64,000 nucleotides of DNA from Podarcis bocagei. Lineage: Eukaryota. The notes below the pieces were generated by a model that was given only the letters and a program-made list of their open reading frames with translations, had not been told where the DNA came from and did not search any database. Positions 61,953-64,000 of this stretch are shown piece after piece. The position numbers were made by a program, and so were the translations under genes. Each line of letters begins with the position of its first letter. Positions within the stretch are counted from its first letter, which is position 1. The stretch lies in NCBI GenBank assembly GCA_964188305.1, contig OZ076885.1; one strand, given 5' to 3'.

Positions 61953-63131
61953 TTTTCAAGGTGTCACTCTGTTTCCCCTCCTCCCCGCGACAGACTAGCA
62001 GGGCTGCCCCTCTGGAAGCGACTGCAACGGGAGGCGCGTGGACGTTGGTTATTAGCGCACACACGCGTGCACAAGTTTGCACTCCGTTTGCTTGTGGCGT
62101 TCCAGCGCAGCAATCGTGGGGTGAGACCAAGCGACAATGCCTGCGTCTGGAAACCGAAGCAATAAGGCAAGAATAGTCGTGAAGCCACTCCACGCTGTCA
62201 AGGGACAAAGAACCCTGAACGGGATCCTCTAGGAAAGGCGGTTTCCTCCGCCCTCCCCACTGCGGCGCAGGCCCCACCGCCACGCGCAAAACAAGACCCC
62301 GGTAACATCTTCACTGCTCCCCACCAAAATCTGCATGAGAAATACTAACAATCCAGGGAGCCTAACAGCCTATCACCCCTCGAGCATTTTCAATTCACAC
62401 AGATTTTTGCTTCAGGGCAAGCAGACAACAGCCGCGGTTTTGTCACCTCCATCTTCCTTCCATTCCTGGGAGAAACGCGAAGATCTTTCCATCTTCTGCT
62501 CCCAAACACCTCCCATCTCTCTCTGTCTGCTCTCTTCCCCCCTCCCCACTTTTATCTAACAATCAGGGCTCCAGAAGTGGGGGGAGGGGTTGCTCAAGCA
62601 ATCTAGAGACCACGGAGGGGGCTCAGGCAACGAGGCCAAAACGCCGGAACGCCTTGCGAAGTAACCGAGGAAGATGACAGCCAAGCCTTGACTGCGAGGT
62701 CACGTGCCTTTGTCGCAATAAATACATGTGTGCGCATATGTGTGCGTGTCTGTGTGTAGCTATTTCAAAAAATATACATTTTATTGCGAACCACTTAAAA
62801 AAATATATGTTCCAACGCTTCCTTGTTCTGTGGTTTTGGTAAAACAACCCCCCCCCCACGCACACTCCGCATCCTACTGCAAAGTAGCTGGAGCCATACA
62901 CGGATTACCTGCCAATGCAACAATTTTAGGGCCTTTCCCATTCATCCAGAGTCACACACAATATTCTCCCTTTGCTTTCACGCAGATCCAGGAGGCGGGC
63001 GGGCGGGCGCTCGACGCGTTTCTTCCCCCCAACTGAAGTCTTGGTGAGGGTGGAATGAATGTTAAAGAACATAACAAAAGAAAGAAACAGACGAAGGGGT
63101 GGGGTGGGGAGAGCTGACCCCACACATTTCC

Positions 63132-63137
63132 TTTATT
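63132..63137 (-). terminator. Candidate HOXD12 polyadenylation signal AATAAA
   Basis: AATAAA about 500 nt after the stop codon on the coding strand, followed by GU/U-rich sequence (GTCTGTTTCTTTCTTTTGTTATGTTCTT). Confidence 0.6.
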
Positions 63138-63144
63138 ATAGTTA

Positions 63145-63342
63145 CAGTGGTACGTCGGGTTACGTCCGTTCTTAACCTGAAACTGTTCTTAACCCGAAGC
63201 ACCACTTTAGCTAATGGGGCCTCCCACTGCTGCGCCACCGGAGCACGATTTCTATTCTCATCCTGAAGCAAAGTTCTTAACCCAAGGTACTATTTCTGGG
63301 TTAGCGGAGGCTGTAACCTGAATGTAACCCGAGGTACCACTA
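63145..63342. mobile_element. Tc1/mariner (pogo/Tigger-like) MITE, copy 2, in the predicted HOXD12 3' UTR
   Basis: TA flanks. TIRs CAGTGGTACGTCGGGTTA / TAACCCGAGGTACCACTA. Shares the internal sequence GTTCTTAACCTGAAACTGTTCTTAACC..GAAGCACCACTTTAGCTAATGGGGCCTCC with copy 1. Confidence 0.88.
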
Positions 63343-63637
63343 TACTTCCTTTCCCCTTCAGCCAAGAAGTGAGGCTTTTGCCGATTTACAAAGCCAAGCA
63401 GGTTGATTGGGGTGGGGGGAGAGAATCTGACTGCTTGGGCTAGACCCCTGTCAACGCTCCCCTCCAGATTTTGCCTGCGTTTTCGCCTGGAATCCTTAGT
63501 GGTTTCGCTTCGCTTCGTTTCGCGTCGCTTTGTTGTCCCTCTGCTGAGCCGCGAGACAGCCGCTCCAGAGGCAAGTTCATGATTAACAGGGAGGAAGAGA
63601 GCCAGCCCCAAGACGCCCCCCTCCCTGGGCGGCGTCT

Positions 63638-63876
63638 CTAGTAGAGCGAGAGCGCCTGCTCGCGCATCACCACGCGCTTCTTCTTCATCCGCCGGTTCTG
63701 GAACCAAATCTTCACTTGCTGGTCGCTCAGATTCAGTCTGTTGGACAGCTCTTTCCGCTTTTGCCGGTTGATGAACTCGCTGAGGAGGAACTCGCTCTCC
63801 AGCTCGGTGATCTGTTGCTTCGTGTAAGGCTTCCGTTTCTTCCTCGACCTCCCTGGCGTGGGGCACCAGGGCAAAC
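63638..63876 (-). CDS. HOXD12: HOXD12 exon 2 (homeobox); exon 1 lies beyond the window end
   Basis: [79 protein letters not shown]. Acceptor TGTTGCAG|GT; position is 5' of HOXD11. Confidence 0.96.
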
Positions 63877-64000
63877 CTGCAACAGAACAAGACACATCGA
63901 GAAGGGGTTTGTGTTTGGTTCGTTCTTGCTTGGCGCGCTTGTTCTGACCGAGCCCGGTCCCCGGTGCTCTGGGTGGTCTCACGCAAGCGCGGAGGAAGCC

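Noticed and set aside
63258-63986. 242-aa ORF overlapping HOXD12 exon 2
   Set aside because: Alternative frame spanning intron, exon, UTR and MITE; no coding hallmark.

Overview
Vertebrate HoxD cluster segment with all genes on the minus strand. In window order: a gene-free interval of more than 24 kb where HoxD5-7 would lie (HOXD4 and miR-10b are not in the window), then complete two-exon HOXD8, HOXD9, HOXD10 and HOXD11, then the homeobox exon and 3' UTR of HOXD12. Intact HOXD12, many transposon insertions inside the cluster and long homopolymeric amino-acid tracts point to a lizard; lacertid is my guess from repeat style only. Highlights: (1) a perfect palindrome of at least 144 bp in the HOXD11 intron, made of two inverted Penelope-like ends that each carry a minimal hammerhead-ribozyme motif, next to an assembly gap; (2) a Tc1/mariner-type MITE immediately before the likely HOXD12 poly(A) signal; (3) an orphan Hox-type promoter module plus strong splice donor in the HOXD8-HOXD4 gap; (4) out-of-frame uORFs overlapping the HOXD9, HOXD10 and HOXD11 start codons; (5) young hAT MITEs, one with telomere-like TTAGGG repeats; (6) a CpG-poor, TE-dense pocket at about 5-12 kb. 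Exon boundaries were derived by hand from GT/AG sites and phase. TE family names, conserved-element names and cross-species protein comparisons are from memory and need database confirmation.
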